From: Candidatus Hydrothermales bacterium
Lineage (GTDB): Bacteria; Hydrothermota; Hydrothermia; Hydrothermales; JAJRUZ01
Direction: 5' to 3'
Length of the DNA: 51,669 nucleotides
Assembly: GCA_039630575.1 (NCBI GenBank)
Contig: JBCNUW010000013.1
Span: forward strand, 1 to 51,669
Part shown: positions 48,965 through 51,669 of the stretch, one piece after another
How the letters are laid out: every line of letters starts with the position of its first letter
Numbering within the stretch: position 1 is the first letter of the stretch
The notes under the pieces: generated by a model
What the model saw: the letters and a program-made list of their open reading frames with translations, nothing else
Database searches by the model: none
What the model was told of the DNA's origin: nothing
Program-made: the position numbers and the translations under genes

Positions 48965-50907
48965 TTATAGAAAAATAACTCAAAACTAAATCTTCTTCCC
49001 CTATCTTTTGAATAAAGAGGAGTAAATACATCACTTAAAGGGGTTTTATAATCACTATTTGTCAAATTTTTTATTAAGAATCTCATTCCGACTCCATCTC
49101 TAATATTTAATGTAAAAGATGTATTTAATATATAATCTTCCTTGACTTTATTTCCTTCTCTATCTAAGTAAGAACCTTTTATTATACCCCATAGAGAATA
49201 GGAGAATTTATCATCTTTAAAAATAATGCCTGATTTTAAGAAAAACTCAGGTGTTCCTTCTAAGATTTCAAATTTTTCTTTTAAAATATAAACTCTTGAA
49301 AATGTTCCTGAAGTAAAGGTTTCAAAATTCTTAAGTCTAAACCTTATTTCACTTTCTAATCCCCTTACTCTTAACCTCTTCTGATTTACAAATTTTTCCA
49401 ATTTATTTTCAACTATAGATGTTATTCCATTATAAATTTCTTGACCAAATACTCCACTACTTAAATAAATACTCTTTCCTGCCCACATTATTTGCATTTC
49501 TCCACTTTCAATTATTTCAGGTTTTAAAAAAGGATTTGCTGCTGTACTTAAACTATCTTCCATATAGGCTTCATAAACTGATGGTGCTCTAAAAGCTTTT
49601 GCATATACCATTTTAAATATTATTTCTTTTGGAAGAAATAGAGAAGCTCCTATTCTTGGAGCAATAATACCTCCATAATCAGAATATCTATCATATCTTG
49701 CTCCAAATGAAAAAACTCCAAACTTTTGAGAAAATTTTATCTCTCCAAATGGTGAATATATATCTTGAGTAACTTTTGGATAAGTTAGTTTTAATTCTCT
49801 AATCTTTTTTCCATCAAGGGTTTCAAACCAAACTTTTTGATAACAGAGTTTATGTTGATAGGCAAAGCCTGCTGATAATTTTAAATTTTCTTTTGAAAAT
49901 AAGCTCATTAATTCTACACCCCACCAGAAGGGCTCACCTTTCCATGGAGTTACATAGCCCTTTGGTGCAATACTACTTTCTGGATCCGCATAATGATAAA
50001 AATCATTATAAAAGTAGTGATCCCAAAAAGCTCTGACAGTTAAATTAAGAGTATTAAAGGATTTTTGATAAAATAAATCTATAAATTGATGAAAATCAAT
50101 AATTTTATTTTCTTTTTCTCCATATACTGCATTATAATCAGCATAGGGGGTGCCAACAGTTCTTTTGTAAGTTACAAATTTTAAATCAAGATTATTTGTA
50201 TTAACTCCCGAAGCTACAAAATATCTCTTTGAAAAATCAACATCCTTTGCAATCCCTCCATATATTGAATCTCCTTCATAATTTACAGGATAATCAACTT
50301 TTATTTTTGGAAGATTAAGATCAGGATACAGAATGTCTGCAAAAGAACCATAGGCATAGAAGTTAAACTTATTAATACTTTTTGAGATTAATCCTCTTAA
50401 TTCACCTCCTCTTTTTGGATATATGAGATTACCACAAATTTTTTTTCCTTCTTTTTTTGTTACAATATTTATTACTCCCATAAATGCACTTGTTCCATAG
50501 ATTGATGATCCCGCTCCTCTAATTATTTCAATTTTTTCAATTGCTTCAAAGGGTATCGGGAAATCATCTCCTATTGGTACAGAGGAATTCCATCCTTCAT
50601 TTATAATATGACCATCAAGAAGAATAAGAACCCTTGTATTATAATCTCCAAGAGTTACAAGCCCTCTAAAAACAGCAAACTCGTAATCTCTTGTATCCCA
50701 TACCAATGTGCCCATACAATAATTTAACACATCGCTTATTTTTCTTAATCCAAGATTTTCCATTTCTTCTCTTGTTATTACTGTGAGTGCAGAGGGGGCT
50801 TCACGAATTTTCTCTTCATATTTTGATACCACTTTTACTTCTAAGTTAAAAAGTTCTTCTAATGGTATTTCTGTATGTGCTAAAATTAAGATCAAAAATA
50901 ATTTCAT
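48961..50907 (-). CDS. TonB-dependent outer-membrane receptor
   Basis: LEELFNLEV, AP..LTVIT, IEKIEIIRGAGSSIYG, GVINIVTK, GARYD, AFRAPS. Confidence 0.95.
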   Translation of the reverse strand: MKLFLILILAHTEIPLEELFNLEVKVVSKYEEKIREAPSALTVITREEMENLGLRKISDVLNYCMGTLVWDTRDYEFAVFRGLVTLGDYNTRVLILLDGHIINEGWNSSVPIGDDFPIPFEAIEKIEIIRGAGSSIYGTSAFMGVINIVTKKEGKKICGNLIYPKRGGELRGLISKSINKFNFYAYGSFADILYPDLNLPKIKVDYPVNYEGDSIYGGIAKDVDFSKRYFVASGVNTNNLDLKFVTYKRTVGTPYADYNAVYGEKENKIIDFHQFIDLFYQKSFNTLNLTVRAFWDHYFYNDFYHYADPESSIAPKGYVTPWKGEPFWWGVELMSLFSKENLKLSAGFAYQHKLCYQKVWFETLDGKKIRELKLTYPKVTQDIYSPFGEIKFSQKFGVFSFGARYDRYSDYGGIIAPRIGASLFLPKEIIFKMVYAKAFRAPSVYEAYMEDSLSTAANPFLKPEIIESGEMQIMWAGKSIYLSSGVFGQEIYNGITSIVENKLEKFVNQKRLRVRGLESEIRFRLKNFETFTSGTFSRVYILKEKFEILEGTPEFFLKSGIIFKDDKFSYSLWGIIKGSYLDREGNKVKEDYILNTSFTLNIRDGVGMRFLIKNLTNSDYKTPLSDVFTPLYSKDRGRRFSFELFFYK

Positions 50908-50963
50908 ATTTAATTATCCAAAAATTGTTTTTGTAAATTCAAATTGGTTATAATGAATTAAAG

Positions 50964-51669
50964 ATGATAATGAAATTTTTCCAAAGTTTAAGAGGTATAA
51001 AGAAAAAGATAATTTTTATGACCTTTTTCTCTTTTATTTTAATTATAACAATTTATTCCACTTTTTACATAAGGGATACGATAAATTTAGTAAGAGAGAA
51101 TAATAAAAAAACATCTGAAATTGTAAGATATGTAATTTTAAAAGAGGCTGAAAGGTTTCTTCTTACAAGAGATTCAACTGATATTTTCTCTTTGATTAGA
51201 AATATTATTTCAAATGAACCCTCGCTTATATCGATCGTAGTCACAGATCCCCAAGACAATGAGCTTATAAGAATTTTTAGACCTGGATATGAAAAGAAAA
51301 AAAAATTAAATGTTTTTTATCCAGTTTTTTCTTCTGAAGAGGGAATTTTTGAACCTACCCTTATAGGAAAATTAAATATTTATGTAAGCGCTGAACGAGA
51401 GAAAGAATATCAAAACAAAGCTTTTGTTCTATCTTTTGTCCTTGGTACTTTAGTTCTTACCTTTGGAATTGCTTTTTCTATCTTTGTGACAAATATTTTC
51501 TTTACTAGAATGAAAGGGATTAAAAAAGGTTTGATAGAGATTGCCGAAGGCAAAGCCGATTTAACTAAAAGAATCAGTCTTAATGAAAATGAAGATATAG
51601 AATTTAAGGAAATTGCAGAATCTTTTAACGAATTTGTTGAAAGCCTTTCTGAGAGAATTAAATCAACAA
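50964..51669 (+). CDS. Two-TM HAMP-domain sensor, probably a methyl-accepting chemotaxis protein; 3' end beyond window
   Basis: Hand translation: TM - periplasmic domain - TM, then IAEGKADLTKRI...EIAESFNEFVESL. Confidence 0.8.
   Translation, partial: MIMKFFQSLRGIKKKIIFMTFFSFILIITIYSTFYIRDTINLVRENNKKTSEIVRYVILKEAERFLLTRDSTDIFSLIRNIISNEPSLISIVVTDPQDNELIRIFRPGYEKKKKLNVFYPVFSSEEGIFEPTLIGKLNIYVSAEREKEYQNKAFVLSFVLGTLVLTFGIAFSIFVTNIFFTRMKGIKKGLIEIAEGKADLTKRISLNENEDIEFKEIAESFNEFVESLSERIKST

Noticed and set aside
21..51259. Short antisense or alternate-frame ORFs in the track (e.g. 21-263, 1370-1627, 17008-17367, 26041-26226, 35556-35975, 45434-45670, 51065-51259)
   Set aside because: They lie within well-supported genes and show no recognisable motifs; shadow ORFs.

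Overview
AT-rich chromosomal window from a diderm bacterium. T9SS-like C-terminal domains, LVIVD proteins and Lys/Glu-rich proteins suggest an FCB-related, possibly thermophilic lineage such as WOR-3/Hydrothermae; this is inference only. Contents in order: a partial LVIVD gene; a 546-bp IS1634-like remnant; smpB-amidase-tig-clpP-clpX housekeeping genes; proline dehydrogenase, an endonuclease IV-like gene, folE and GT-C-like membrane proteins; several secreted proteins; an M4/M36 metalloprotease gene split by one in-frame TGA; an ~18.5-kb Tad/Flp pilus locus; an MFS transporter; a decayed cyclase-STAND-TPR locus; an MNT-HEPN toxin-antitoxin pair; an isolated rpsQ-rplR ribosomal block; and a TonB receptor / periplasmic binding protein / HAMP sensor trio. 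The Tad locus holds seven Flp pilin genes (six absent from the ORF track), a TadZ-TadA fusion, a secretin with an extra C-terminal domain and a pseudo-phosphatase sensor. Most striking observations: (1) six tRNA T-arm-like hairpins (loop consensus TTCAAWY), one in every co-directional intergenic gap of 30 nt or more between 13.9 and 22.1 kb and always in the sense orientation; (2) the seven-pilin repertoire; (3) unusually short (~10 aa) export signals on many envelope proteins.
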